Positions 15,377-24,648 of a stretch of DNA of 32,000 nt are shown one piece after another. The stretch's first letter is position 1. The number at the start of each line of letters is the position of its first letter. Origin of the DNA: Promethearchaeota archaeon (GTDB lineage Archaea; Asgardarchaeota; Hermodarchaeia; Hermodarchaeales; Hermodarchaeaceae). Made by a program: the position numbers and the translations under genes. The notes below the pieces were generated by a model. It made no database searches. It had not been told where the DNA came from and saw only the letters and a program-made list of their open reading frames with translations. The stretch is from assembly GCA_048938295.1 (NCBI GenBank), contig JBHLMI010000003.1:30001-62000 (forward strand), in the 5' to 3' direction.

Positions 15377-18304
15377 TTAGATAGACCGTACTGTCAAATA
15401 GAAGTATTTTGTTTCTGTGTGCACACCATCGACGAGTATGCGTAACTCGATGATGAATGTTGTCAGCAGTACCCCTGGATTAAGGTTCTTCGCATGAATA
15501 GTAATGGTTCCACCCATCAAATCCAGAGGATACATAGTAGACAGGCCCACATTATAGAGGTAGACACCGCCAGAATAAGACGAGGTCACATTGGCACCAT
15601 GATAGTAGATATCAAAGTTCGACCCATAAGTGGCGAGTTGAATGACCACATCGTTTGTAGTCGTATTCCCGTTCTTGACAAGATAACTCAGTGTCGAGTT
15701 TTCACCCACGTTGATGTCAAAGGGATCAAGACTCGTATCCACGAAGTTAACTCCCGTCACCGTTTGGTTATAGCCAAAGAAGAATTGTGCATAGGCTTCT
15801 GCTGCTGTTGCTCCGTACGCGACGTGATTGATATCCTCAGCATCCACCATACCCACATAACGTAGAGTTTCAACAAGCGATTCACCTTCACTTTGAATTG
15901 CGTAAACAGGGAACAGGTAAACGAGTGTGCTACTAAGTGTCATGAGGAGTCGGTTACCGATGCGATAAGGTTGAATCAACACCAAGTCTGATCGGGCTTG
16001 CTGCTCAAAGCTATCAACTGCGGGGTCCACACCGAAGACAGGACTTGTTGGCACTGCCGTATCTGGGTCTACGGAGCCTGCCCTAGCAAATACACCCGTT
16101 CCCACATCGGGTCCGTTCTTAAACAGGTAGAAGCCAGCCATTTTCTGGGCTTCGTGGCGGATGTATCGAACGGCTTGGTAGCCAACCCAATGGAGGCTGC
16201 CATTGTAAGGATAAAGCACGTAGTGGATATCGGGTTGGCTATTGGGCTTTTCGAAGAAATCAGAGTAGTTCCGCCAAACCCAGGGTTCTGTGACGTGGTA
16301 GTAGAAATCAACTGATAATTGAAAGTCGATGAGATTTTCAGGGTAGCGGAGCTGATCTTCCAACCAGACTGGAACATCCTCCCAGGGATACCAATTCTCA
16401 TATAATGACTCGATGAAGAAATTACCTGGATCAGCATTGGGATTTCGTACCCAGGTGATGTCTCCAGTGGCGCAGTTAATAACAGCGAATCCCAGAAGTC
16501 GCAAATAGGAGGATTGAGCGTATTGGAGTTGCAACGGATACCCACTGAAGATTGGTACACAGTAATAGGCTTCCCGGTCAAGGCGATTAAACACCAAATA
16601 CGGGTCATAGTCAGTATACATGAAAGGCAACAGGATAGCTTGAGTTCGTTCCTGAATATCACGATGCATTAACATTTTAGCTGATGGTTCGCTGAAGGCA
16701 AGCCAGGTAAAGCTGAAATCTTCGATACCCCAGACAAGCTTTTTGAGAGCCAGTTCTGGGCCCGTTAGGATATAATCCGGGTTCCCTTCAAAATTATACA
16801 CCCCTGTTTCTGGAGCGATAGCGGTGTCAACCAATACAAATCCCTCAAATCCATTGTTGAATTGACTTGGTGGGCTTTCGCCATAATAAATTGGCATATT
16901 GGCGTTGACCCCGAAAATGCTGAAGAATTGTCCGGGAGTGAGGAATTCGCCGGTTGCGCTGCTAGCGTCAAGGGCTGCAGCGCCTTCAGCGTGGGTATAG
17001 AGGATATATTTTTTGTGGAAGTCATCACGGCTGGGTGGAGTGAGGGAGTAAGGGGTTATCCAGTATTCACGGCCCCCGAGATAGACAATGTCACTGTCTG
17101 CTAGTGACATCCAGTTGGCGATGGTTTGACTCCGCATCTTGTTCCGGCTGGCGTCGAAATCCCATAGTCTTGCATGCCCAAGGACTTCGCCATCCGAGAC
17201 ACCAGAACTATTAACAAGTTGTTCATAGGGAAGATCCCTGACATCCGGTCCTCCAGCCCAGTTGGTAAATTGAATTTCTTTGGTTACTAGAGGATCCCAA
17301 TGCCAGGGTTCCCACATTTGCCCCTGGATAGGTCCTGCGACAAGATATCCAGTATAGAGGGCTGGTCCGACAACCAAAGCGATGGTGATTATTCCTAAGC
17401 CTGCTATCACATGACGGTTCAAACGCGGTATCTCTCCAGCGCGACCGTAGCGGCCAAAGACAGTGAGTCCAAAAGAGATGCCACAAACAATCGCGAAGAA
17501 GACGAAGAGGATAAGGATTTGTATAACAAAGAATTGAGTACCTACGTCGACTTCAATATAGGGTACACCCAGTAGAATCCAAAGGAGGCCTAATGCGACA
17601 ACAAAGCTCACTGAGGCAAGAACCCGGATCTCGGGGTACTCGGTGGAGCGGCCAATACGCCCGAAGTAGTGGATGAGGTCTAATATGACTCGAACAGCCA
17701 TAACAGCAATGAGTAAGGTCATGAAGGTGAAGAAGATAGTATACTGCACCTCAATAGTCGGGATGAGACCAGCCACCACCTCAACAGGAACCATAGGATT
17801 GAAAATGAGTTGAAAGACTTGAGAGACTTGACTCCAATCACCGACCCCTGATGCAGAACTCTGGAAGAGCAAAGCGAGGTAACGCATATTCTCGGTAAAG
17901 ATGAAAGTTAAGAGAAGATAGGAGCCAACGAAAAGTAAAGCTTTCCATCCAATAACCATATACCAAGAGGGAATCCGTCGACTGCTTACGCGATCACTCA
18001 TATAGATGAGATTCAGGGTTTTCGATTCCCAGGGCAACCCAACAAAAGTAATGATTAATGCCATTGGAACGCCAACAAAGAAGAGTAATCCATTCAAGGA
18101 ATAGGTGGCCCACCAGGACACCCCGGCCTTATTCAGATACATTACGTCCAGCATTTTCCAATCTAGCAACATGTTTTGGATACCAAATGCTGCGACAGCA
18201 ATTACACCTATGATAATAAACATAACAATGATAACAGCAAGAATTTTGCGTCGTGATCTACCGATTGTTATGGTCCGTCGTGGTTCATAGTCCAAATCCA
18301 ACAC
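15377..18304 (-). CDS. UPF0182 (COG1615) family membrane protein
   Basis: N-terminal multi-TM region, then ARLWD, DIVY, YTH, IYYGE, DPY and RYP motifs. Confidence 0.85.
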   Translation of the reverse strand: MLDLDYEPRRTITIGRSRRKILAVIIVMFIIIGVIAVAAFGIQNMLLDWKMLDVMYLNKAGVSWWATYSLNGLLFFVGVPMALIITFVGLPWESKTLNLIYMSDRVSSRRIPSWYMVIGWKALLFVGSYLLLTFIFTENMRYLALLFQSSASGVGDWSQVSQVFQLIFNPMVPVEVVAGLIPTIEVQYTIFFTFMTLLIAVMAVRVILDLIHYFGRIGRSTEYPEIRVLASVSFVVALGLLWILLGVPYIEVDVGTQFFVIQILILFVFFAIVCGISFGLTVFGRYGRAGEIPRLNRHVIAGLGIITIALVVGPALYTGYLVAGPIQGQMWEPWHWDPLVTKEIQFTNWAGGPDVRDLPYEQLVNSSGVSDGEVLGHARLWDFDASRNKMRSQTIANWMSLADSDIVYLGGREYWITPYSLTPPSRDDFHKKYILYTHAEGAAALDASSATGEFLTPGQFFSIFGVNANMPIYYGESPPSQFNNGFEGFVLVDTAIAPETGVYNFEGNPDYILTGPELALKKLVWGIEDFSFTWLAFSEPSAKMLMHRDIQERTQAILLPFMYTDYDPYLVFNRLDREAYYCVPIFSGYPLQLQYAQSSYLRLLGFAVINCATGDITWVRNPNADPGNFFIESLYENWYPWEDVPVWLEDQLRYPENLIDFQLSVDFYYHVTEPWVWRNYSDFFEKPNSQPDIHYVLYPYNGSLHWVGYQAVRYIRHEAQKMAGFYLFKNGPDVGTGVFARAGSVDPDTAVPTSPVFGVDPAVDSFEQQARSDLVLIQPYRIGNRLLMTLSSTLVYLFPVYAIQSEGESLVETLRYVGMVDAEDINHVAYGATAAEAYAQFFFGYNQTVTGVNFVDTSLDPFDINVGENSTLSYLVKNGNTTTNDVVIQLATYGSNFDIYYHGANVTSSYSGGVYLYNVGLSTMYPLDLMGGTITIHAKNLNPGVLLTTFIIELRILVDGVHTETKYFYLTVRSI

Positions 18305-18446
18305 CTTTCAGGAAACCTAATCACAAAGGTTATCCTGCGAATACATTGGAGGTTCATGTTTAAGACTTTTGAGTAGCTGCTAGGGAGATGAAGATTGCAA
18401 AAGGGTTAAGTTCATCCATTGAAAATGGCTGACTTGAAGCGTTGGG

Positions 18447-19271
18447 ATGAATATGAGGCAAAAATTGGTGGTCTCGGTTTCTGGCAAGGGTGGTGTGGGC
18501 AAAACCACTATCACAACCCTTCTCCTACGTACATTACTTACACATACACGGCACCAACTCCTGGTCGTCGATGCAGACCCGGTAATGAATCTACCTGCAA
18601 TGCTCAATATTCCGGTTGAGATGAGTGTGGGGGAAGTTGCAACTAAGCTCCGGCTTGACATTGATGCCGGTGTCCTCCCAGCAGCGGCTTCAAAGCAAGA
18701 CCGATTGGAAGGCGATGTCTACGAAGCGTTAATCGAAGGTGATCGATTCGATTTTCTACCCATGGGACGCACTGAAGGCGAAGGATGCTATTGTTTTGTG
18801 AATCGGGTTCTCACACAGATCCTTGATACCATTACAGCGAACTATGATGTAACCCTTCTAGATATGTCTGCAGGTCTTGAGCATCTGAGTCGGCGAACAG
18901 ACCGCAACGTCGACGTCCTGTTGATCGTCATTGATCCATCGAAAATGGCATTTGATGCAGCGGTGCGCATTAAGGAGTTAGCAAAAGAAGTCCACATTGA
19001 ATTTAAGCACATCTGGGTAATTGCCAACCGTTTTCCCTCCGCTATGATTGACGAACTAGCCAAAGACCTGGAAAAACGGCTAAACAATGAGGAACTTGAA
19101 TTAGTAGGAATCGTGCCTGCCGATGATCAGATCGTTGAGTTCAACTTGAAAGGAAAATCACTTTTAGAATTACCTAATGATCATCCTGCAGTGCTGGCAG
19201 TCGATAAGATTGCTAAGCGTATTGGACTGCTAAGTGAAGAACAGCTATTGGAATTACTGGGTCACTCTTAA
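18447..19271 (+). CDS. cooC: CooC/AcsF-type nickel-insertion ATPase (CO dehydrogenase/ACS maturation)
   Basis: Deviant Walker A GKGGVGKTT, DADP, GRTEGEGCYC (CxC nickel site) and DMSAGLEHLSRRT. Confidence 0.88.
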   Translation: MNMRQKLVVSVSGKGGVGKTTITTLLLRTLLTHTRHQLLVVDADPVMNLPAMLNIPVEMSVGEVATKLRLDIDAGVLPAAASKQDRLEGDVYEALIEGDRFDFLPMGRTEGEGCYCFVNRVLTQILDTITANYDVTLLDMSAGLEHLSRRTDRNVDVLLIVIDPSKMAFDAAVRIKELAKEVHIEFKHIWVIANRFPSAMIDELAKDLEKRLNNEELELVGIVPADDQIVEFNLKGKSLLELPNDHPAVLAVDKIAKRIGLLSEEQLLELLGHS

Positions 19272-19390
19272 TAGCTTTAACAGTAGCCCTCAAGAAAAGA
19301 GCCTGACAAACCAGGTAATCATAAGTCTTTTCTAAAGGGACAACAAGGAAAAATAGGATATTGAGGGTATTTTGCAAGTGGTTGGTAATT

Positions 19391-20293
19391 ATGCCTTCAG
19401 AGATTTTTCTTGTTCAAGCAGATAATCGAGCAAAAGCTATCTCCCAATTATTTGATCAATTTGACTTGGAACAATTCGCAAAGAAACAGATTGCCTTAAA
19501 GGCCAACTACAACAGCGCTGATCCCTTTCCTGCCCAGACCCATCTTGAAACCCTAAAGTCACTCGTGAAGAGACTACAGGATGCGGGAGCTAAGGAAATC
19601 GTGATGGGAGAACGAAGCGGAATGGGAGATACAGAAAAAGTCCTCGAGAAAGGTGGAATATTAGACCTTGCCAAGAAACTAAAATTTTCAGTTAGCGTGC
19701 TCAACGACTTGCCCTTTTCCGGTTGGCTGCACTTCGATGTGGAAAACTCGCATTGGGACCGAGGATTCCTATTTGCCCGATTGTTCATCGATGCTGATGT
19801 GATTATCCAAACCTGTTGTCTAAAGACCCATCAATTCGGTGGTCATTTCACACTTTCCTTGAAGAACTCCGTCGGAATGGTGGCACGGTACAACCCCCAA
19901 GATGGCTATGATTATATGAATGAGCTACACGGTTCCCCGCATCAACGAGAAATGATAGCGGAAATCAACACCGCCTATGATCCTGCCTTTGTGCTCATGG
20001 ATGGAACAACAGCCTTTGTGAAAGGTGGCCCTGCAGTGGGAACAGAGGTCTCTCCTAATGTGTTTCTTGCAGGGGCCGATCGCGTCGCTTTAGATGCAGT
20101 AGGTGTTGCTTTACTTCGCCATTATGGAGCCACACCCGAAGTAGAAAAGGGGGCCATCTTCAGCCAAGCGCAACTTGCACGAGCTGTCCAATTAGGACTA
20201 GGTGCATCATCCTTACACGATATCAAACTCGTCCCATTAGATGAACACTCAGAGAAAATCAGCGAAGATATTATCGCTCAATTTGCCAAATAG
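19391..20293 (+). CDS. DUF362-family protein
   Basis: IALKANYNSADPFPAQTH, GERSGMG, LKTHQFGGHFTLSLKNSVG and DRVALDAVG. The ATG at 19391 is preferred over the TTG at 19361. Confidence 0.82.
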   Translation: MPSEIFLVQADNRAKAISQLFDQFDLEQFAKKQIALKANYNSADPFPAQTHLETLKSLVKRLQDAGAKEIVMGERSGMGDTEKVLEKGGILDLAKKLKFSVSVLNDLPFSGWLHFDVENSHWDRGFLFARLFIDADVIIQTCCLKTHQFGGHFTLSLKNSVGMVARYNPQDGYDYMNELHGSPHQREMIAEINTAYDPAFVLMDGTTAFVKGGPAVGTEVSPNVFLAGADRVALDAVGVALLRHYGATPEVEKGAIFSQAQLARAVQLGLGASSLHDIKLVPLDEHSEKISEDIIAQFAK

Positions 20294-20307
20294 GATTACC
20301 TATCAGT

Positions 20308-20976
20308 CTAAGCTTTTTGTTTTGATCTTGCTTTACGATATTCACGCAGAAGCATGATGACCTCTTCATCGGAAACATCATACCATCGTTCGTAAGCATC
20401 TGCAACTGCAAATACTACACCAGAACCTACATGCGGACAAATCAACTCATCAACCCTTTTCCTGACTTTATAGACAGCACCAGCAGAAGCAGTAGGTACC
20501 GCCACAACTATGTGCTTTGGTGAAAGCTGTCGAACCGAGTCAATGGCAGCAAGCATTGTATATCCAGAAGCAAGCCCATCATCTACTAACACTACCACTC
20601 GAGACTTAGGTGAAAAAAGGCCTGCTAAGCCTTTGTATGCCTTTTTTCGATCGTCAATTTGGGTCTTTGTCTGTTCAATTACCACTTGAATTTCTGTATC
20701 CCGGAGTCCCATACGATCCACTAAAGGCTGGTTGAGTAGGACTGTGCCTAACGATGTTAGAGCTCCAAATCCGGCTTCAGGATTAAAAGGGATTTGGAGT
20801 TTCCTTACAATCAGTAAATCCAAATCTGCACTTAACAGCTTGGCTAGTGGTAAAGCTACTGCTAGTCCACCGTTTGGGATCGCAAGGATCAGAGGAACTT
20901 CTGGCCAATCCTTCGCCTTGAGATTCTTGCCTAACACCTTTCCCGCAGCTGTCCGATCTAGATATTGCGTGTTCAA
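20308..20976 (-). CDS. Type I phosphoribosyltransferase, uncharacterised COG1926-like family
   Basis: DRTAAGKVL, LAIPNGG, VRKLQIPFNPEAGFGA and the PRPP loop VVLVDDGLASGYT. Confidence 0.88.
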   Translation of the reverse strand: MNTQYLDRTAAGKVLGKNLKAKDWPEVPLILAIPNGGLAVALPLAKLLSADLDLLIVRKLQIPFNPEAGFGALTSLGTVLLNQPLVDRMGLRDTEIQVVIEQTKTQIDDRKKAYKGLAGLFSPKSRVVVLVDDGLASGYTMLAAIDSVRQLSPKHIVVAVPTASAGAVYKVRKRVDELICPHVGSGVVFAVADAYERWYDVSDEEVIMLLREYRKARSKQKA

Positions 20977-21134
20977 GCTAAATACCCTTTGTTGGATTTG
21001 ATACTAACCTGTGTAGTGGGATAATAAATAGCCAACAGACTCTGCATATGAACAACGTTAATCAGAGCGTTTTTGAAGTATAAGGCAACTGTATACCCAG
21101 TATATATTCTTGCTATGTATGGAGTGCGAAGCCA

Positions 21135-22277
21135 ATGGAAGTCAGGAAAGTCATGCGACTTGGAATGTCATCCCTTGTCGTTTCCGTTCCTAAGGAATGG
21201 GCGGATAAGTACCAACTCGATCAAGAAAGCCGTCTTGTGCTCATACCACAATCAGATGGTAGTATTGCCCTCTACCCGCAGACGGTCCCGCGGGAGAAAC
21301 CGCACACTATCATGCTCAAGACTACACCTGCTGATCCACCTGGTCTGTTAGAAGAGCGGATGGTTGCGGCTTATCTCACCGATTATGATGAGATTCATAT
21401 CCAATCAGAAGGTGTCATTTCTTCCGAACAACGTGACCGCTTACGCGCGTACCTTCGGCTTCTCACTGGTTATCAAATCATGGAGTCCAGTTCAAGTCAC
21501 CTGCTTATCCTCAACGTTGCACGGGTCTCTGAAATGGATGTGGAACGAGCGCTCTATCGGGCCCATACAATTGCCACTTCCATGTTGAAAGATTCGTTGA
21601 AAGCCCTTCAAAATCGGGATGTTAACATGGCTCGAACCGTCATTGGCTTAGAAGAAGATGTCAGCCAATTCTACTTCCTGGTCAACAAGCAATTGCGACG
21701 AGCTTTACTGGATCCCAATGTAATGAGCCGCATCAATATCACCGCTATCGACGCTCTTAATTTCAGTATGGTCCTTCATGGCATTCGTACTGCTGCAGAA
21801 GCCTCCAAAGCCATCGCCAATGCAGTTCTAACTCTTGGCGACCATGATTGCCCAGAAGATATTCTCAAACTCGCACTCAGGAACGGACAATTCGCCACTT
21901 CTATCTTTGAAGATGCAGCCAAGGCTTTCCTTACAAGAAACGATGTTCTTGGCAATCAGATTATCAATAAGGGTGGCATGTGTCCTCCCATGCGTCAGCA
22001 AGCCGAGCGACTTATGGAACGCCATCTCGTCACTATCTGCGAAGATATGCTCCCCTCACTCACACCCGAATCCTGTGCTTTGTTTGGTACACGACAAGTG
22101 GCCCTCACTGTGCTTGAGCAAGTGTTTCAAAGTAACAGCCAAATCGCTGTTGCCGCCGCTACAATTGCTGAACGGGCCATCTGGCGATCCGTAGAAACCC
22201 ACCAACCTCCCATCAAAACCGCTAGGTCTAAGGCAAAAGGTCAGCGGGAATCTAAAACTAAGAAAAAGACCAAATAA
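21135..22277 (+). CDS. Archaeal AbrB-PhoU-family transcriptional regulator (degenerate PhoU repeats)
   Basis: N-terminal RKVMRLGMSSLVVSVPKEWA (AbrB/MazE-like), ERMVAAYLTDYDEIHI, then two PhoU-like helical repeats. Confidence 0.82.
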   Translation: MEVRKVMRLGMSSLVVSVPKEWADKYQLDQESRLVLIPQSDGSIALYPQTVPREKPHTIMLKTTPADPPGLLEERMVAAYLTDYDEIHIQSEGVISSEQRDRLRAYLRLLTGYQIMESSSSHLLILNVARVSEMDVERALYRAHTIATSMLKDSLKALQNRDVNMARTVIGLEEDVSQFYFLVNKQLRRALLDPNVMSRINITAIDALNFSMVLHGIRTAAEASKAIANAVLTLGDHDCPEDILKLALRNGQFATSIFEDAAKAFLTRNDVLGNQIINKGGMCPPMRQQAERLMERHLVTICEDMLPSLTPESCALFGTRQVALTVLEQVFQSNSQIAVAAATIAERAIWRSVETHQPPIKTARSKAKGQRESKTKKKTK

Positions 22278-22417
22278 CTCATTAGCCAGTTTTTTCGTTT
22301 TTAGGTTATTCTTTGCTTGGGTAGGTCGATGTTGCGTTTTGTTATCTAGTTTATATAATTATAATGAATAATGCGTATCATTTATTTTACAAATGTCAAG
22401 GATTATTGTGCAGAATG

Positions 22418-22432
22418 TTAAAAGCTTATATA
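22418..22432 (+). promoter_or_regulatory. BRE/TATA promoter of the 22490 gene
   Basis: TTAAAAG followed by CTTATATA in non-coding DNA upstream of the gene. Confidence 0.5.
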
Positions 22433-22489
22433 TATCCATTGTATATATGATATCAGTAAGGGTCGTATCACAAATATACGATTCAACCC

Positions 22490-22816
22490 TTGGATGGAAT
22501 CATCATGAGCGAAGGATTACGAAAGGTCGTGGGATTGATTCCTAAAGACCAACGCGAACCAGTATCCACAGCACTACTTGATCTGCTGCTGAAAACCAAA
22601 GCTGCAAAGAGCGTCCCCGCTCGGGAAGCAAAGATGGTCTTGCACCTGATGATGCGTGATCTCACTGCCACCGAGATGGGTCTGGAAACTCTCTTTACCT
22701 GTGCCCTTCGGGCCGAACCCATAAAAACCCTAGACGTTATAGGTGACGTTCTCGGTGGCGCTATGGCAGCAGAAGAAGTCATCAAGGCTTTATCCACCTT
22801 GACCGTGACGCAGTAA
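22490..22816 (+). CDS. Small all-alpha hypothetical protein
   Basis: Has its own promoter and terminator; amphipathic helices. The start is probably the ATG at 22505. Confidence 0.75.
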   Translation: MDGIIMSEGLRKVVGLIPKDQREPVSTALLDLLLKTKAAKSVPAREAKMVLHLMMRDLTATEMGLETLFTCALRAEPIKTLDVIGDVLGGAMAAEEVIKALSTLTVTQ

Positions 22817-22857
22817 CCCTGCGCCCTACTGAGTGCCTTTGAGGGATTTCCACACAT

Positions 22858-22900
22858 CGGCGGGTTCCGGTATTTGTGGACCCGCTGGTGACTCTTTTTT
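22858..22900 (+). terminator. GC-rich hairpin plus T6 terminator candidate
   Basis: CGGCGGGTTC / GGACCCGCTG stem (G-U pairs compatible with the plus strand), followed by GACTCTTTTTT. Confidence 0.55.
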
Positions 22901-22911
22901 ATACATTTACC

Positions 22912-22943
22912 AAAAAAAGAAGATAGAGACGCCCAAAGGCGTC
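22912..22943 (-). terminator. Hairpin plus T7 terminator candidate for the minus-strand remnant gene
   Basis: GACGCC-TTTG-GGCGTC, then TCTATCTTCTTTTTTT on the minus strand. Confidence 0.5.
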
Positions 22944-22956
22944 CAAAGCTGGTCAT

Positions 22957-23295
22957 TTACTTAGTCCGTCTCTGCTGACGAATTAGAATACCCATACACA
23001 GTGCGATGATTGTTCCCAGAGCAATGGCTGCAAATGGGAATCCCGGAATTGGAGGAGGTGGTGTAGGCTTAGTTGGAGGTACTTCGTATTCGTAGGTAAT
23101 GCTGAGTGAGGAAAGACGAGGACTACGTTCTATTTTGGTAGTCGTAAGAGTAGCACGCCAGCGTAGGTCATCGCCTGGGGTTGCAAAGGTGTGCATAACA
23201 CCAGGTGTGACAGATTCCCAAGTAGAACCTCCATCCGCAGACATCTCAAATGCAATAGAAGTGCCAGAAGGTTCAAACGCTTTACAAAAGCCTAT
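22957..23295 (-). pseudogene. 5'-truncated remnant of a surface protein with an IPGF-type (PGF-CTERM-like) sorting signal
   Basis: The frame stays open 17 codons upstream of the ATG at 23244 (..AFEPSGTSIAFEMSADGGSTW..) up to a TAA at 23296-23298. No signal peptide. The C-terminus is PPPPIPGF, a TM helix and RQQRRTK. Confidence 0.65.
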
Positions 23296-23330
23296 TTATA
23301 GGGTTATTTTCAAGAGCTAGAGGATTTGAA

Positions 23331-24173
23331 GTGATTAAGCTTGGAACTGCAGGATGGAAGTATGAGGACTGGGTGGGTAGCTTTTATCCTTCGAATAAGC
23401 ACCAGTTCACCTATTTTAGCAAGATCTTCGATACAGCTGAAATCAATTCGACCTTTTATACATTCCCAAGTAAAAAAGTAGTTGAGATCTGGTCTCGTGC
23501 CCCACAAGAATTTTTTTTTACTGCCAAGGTGCCACGAGAAATCACCCATAAACTCCGTTTGGATGTAGAAAAAGGCGCAGATAAACGGATGAAAGATTAC
23601 CTTCAGCTTATGGTCCCATTACTAGAAGCAAACCGATTGGGTCCCCTCCTCATTCAATTACCTCCCTCTTTCGAATTTGATCATATTGACATCTTAGAGA
23701 CTTTTCTACAACCCCTTCCTCGGGAGTGGGAGTATGCAGTCGAGTTCCGTCATCTCTCCTGGATGCAAGATGATACATTCAAGCTGTTACGAAAATTCCA
23801 AATTGCATATTGCATTGTAGATGAACCTCTCCTTCCTCCCCGAATTGAAGTGACTGCCCCATTTGCGTATATCCGCTGGCATGGGCATGGGAAGAAACTC
23901 TGGTACTATTACCTATACAATCAGGAAGAGCTTAGAGATTGGGTTCCAAAGGTCCAAGACATAGAAAAACGAGCACCCAAAGCCGTTTACGGCTATTTCA
24001 ACAATCACTGGCATGGTTTTGCCGCACGGAATTGCATAGAGATGATGGAGCTACTCAACATCCCTCATCACATGCCAAAGCATGTTCAAGAACGCGTCAA
24101 CCGCGTCACTGATGAGCGTATTAAGCAAAAACCAGCGCAGCAAACCTCATTGACAGAATTCTCAGATGATTGA
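23331..24173 (+). CDS. DUF72-family protein (YecE-like)
   Basis: IKLGTAGWKY, AEINSTFY, FTAKVPREITH, LLIQLPPSF, AVEFRH, YIRWHG and YGYFNNH. Confidence 0.92.
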   Translation: MIKLGTAGWKYEDWVGSFYPSNKHQFTYFSKIFDTAEINSTFYTFPSKKVVEIWSRAPQEFFFTAKVPREITHKLRLDVEKGADKRMKDYLQLMVPLLEANRLGPLLIQLPPSFEFDHIDILETFLQPLPREWEYAVEFRHLSWMQDDTFKLLRKFQIAYCIVDEPLLPPRIEVTAPFAYIRWHGHGKKLWYYYLYNQEELRDWVPKVQDIEKRAPKAVYGYFNNHWHGFAARNCIEMMELLNIPHHMPKHVQERVNRVTDERIKQKPAQQTSLTEFSDD

Positions 24174-24182
24174 GAACATAGA

Positions 24183-24602
24183 TTACTTCGAAATCCTGGG
24201 CTCAGATTTCCCACTGGATTTTGATTTGATTCTGGAGTACTTGTAGAACGGAGCCATAAGCAAACCACCAGAAAATACAGCTGTGATTGCTAGCAGTAAG
24301 ATATCAAAGAGCTGTGGATGCACGCCAAAGATACCTTGAAGGGAAACAAAGACAATGATAATCGCGAATGATAAAATCACCTGGATGGCGTAAGTAAATC
24401 GATAGAATCCTGTTCGCACCTGAGAGAGATAATAAGTCATCGTTGCACCGATCCCCCAAATTAGACCAAGTCCCACTGCCCAAAGGAGGCTTAAGATATA
24501 GCCGAAATAAATTGTGATGAGAAATAGCACAGCCATTATCATCATTAGAATAATGACACCTGGAGTCCAAAGTGTTGGATTCTCATTTTCAGAATCTTCC
24601 AA
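24183..24602 (-). CDS. Four-TM membrane protein
   Basis: Four hydrophobic helices; GAGGT RBS upstream of the TTG start. Confidence 0.7.
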   Translation of the reverse strand: MEDSENENPTLWTPGVIILMMIMAVLFLITIYFGYILSLLWAVGLGLIWGIGATMTYYLSQVRTGFYRFTYAIQVILSFAIIIVFVSLQGIFGVHPQLFDILLLAITAVFSGGLLMAPFYKYSRIKSKSSGKSEPRISK

Positions 24603-24648
24603 TTTGTACTTACCTCACTTGGTTGTTTTTCAGGTTGCTTAGATGATT

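Noticed and set aside
15494-18290. Several ORFs nested in UPF0182 (e.g. 16069..16662 -, 15494..15865 +)
   Set aside because: Fully overlapped by a well-supported 975-aa gene and without recognisable motifs.
22483-22956. 157-aa minus-strand ORF
   Set aside because: Antisense to the 22490 gene and runs through two terminator hairpins.
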